The position numbers were made by a program, and so were the translations under genes. DNA of 64,000 bases from an uncultured delta proteobacterium (lineage in GTDB: Bacteria > Desulfobacterota > RBG-13-43-22): the NCBI GenBank assembly GCA_963843145.1, contig CAWJJC010000010.1, forward strand, positions 192,001 to 256,000, in the 5' to 3' direction. Under the pieces are notes generated by a model. The model saw only the letters and a list, made by a program, of their open reading frames with translations. It was not told the origin of the DNA and did no database searches. Every line of letters begins with the position of its first letter. Positions within the stretch are counted from its first letter, which is position 1. Positions 63,223 through 64,000 of the stretch are shown here, piece after piece.

Positions 63223-64000
63223 ATGGATTTCAAAAAAACAAATAGAATTAGTGAGTTGGGTAATTCCGGGGCCATCACCCGGCGGGCATTTTTGACCTAT
63301 TCGGCCGGGGCATTCGGTGCGCTGACGCTGAATTCATTGGCTTGGGGGGATGTCGGCGCTGCCCCAAGGCAGTACCGAAATACCGCAATACCCGATTAGG
63401 CCTAAAGTCACTACGACGCTTCAGGAGATGATTACCTTTCCCAGGACTTTGCCGGGTCTGACCATAACTCAAATTTCCCAGGTCGAACAATACGACAAGT
63501 TTGGCTATGGCCACTGGACGCTCGGTTCGCCGCTTCCGTTGATGCCGAGAACGGACCTCATGCCCAAAAACTACAGCCGGCCGTCGCCGGCCCGAAAAGC
63601 CAAACTCATCCACTTCTTCACTTTTTCCGATATTCACATTACGGACAAGGAAGCGCCGAATCAACTGATCCATTTTCAACAGGCTGAACGATTCGCCTAT
63701 AACAACACTTCCATCTACTCGCCGGTGATGATGCGCACCACGCACGTGTTGGATGCCGCCGTTCAGACGGTTAATGCCCTGCACCGGCAGAACCCCTTCG
63801 ATTTCGGCCTCTCGCTCGGCGACACCTGCAACAGCACCTCGTACAACGAGCTCAGGTGGTATCTCGACGTCTTCGACGGCAAGGTCATTACACCCAGTTC
63901 CGGCGCCCATCTCGGCGCGGACAGCCTGGACTACCAAAAACCCTACCGGGCCGCCGGACTGGACAAGTCCATCCCCTGGTATCAGGCGATGGGCAACCAT
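63223..64000 (+). CDS. Tat-exported metallophosphoesterase (TIGR03768/RPA4764-like); frameshift in G-run ~63345; runs off the window
   Basis: TRRAFL signal; FFTFSDIHITDKEAPNQL; YSPVM..TTHVLDAAVQTVNALH; LGDTCNST.YNELRWY; PWYQAMGNH. Confidence 0.85.

Noticed and set aside
63275-64000. Minus-strand 241-aa ORF
   Set aside because: Antisense of the plus-strand metallophosphoesterase, which has clear motifs.

Overview
GC-rich bacterial chromosomal window. Gene content suggests an anaerobic Desulfobacterota (deltaproteobacterial) genome (inference). Many otherwise intact genes carry single 1-nt indels, several in homopolymers, which suggests long-read assembly error. The window holds acyl/aryl-CoA metabolism (CoA transferase-GNAT fusion, a four-gene HgdAB/BcrBC + two BadF/G-type ATPase cluster with MaoC hydratase, CoA ligase and a Liv-type ABC importer), an IorAB-type Mo enzyme, QueG-like, Tex, MCP, a HasA/NodC-like GT2, several non-coding repeat families and a toxin-antitoxin/TIR-rich region at 52.9-63.1 kb. 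The standout locus is lemA - small membrane protein - a ~1000-aa exported protein (9551-12595). After its signal peptide come FOUR tandem, catalytically intact Hint (intein-like) domains separated only by Lys-Gly(1-3) linkers, then a Gly/Ser linker, a TM segment and two Tim44-like domains. No rRNA, tRNA or CRISPR array was recognised.
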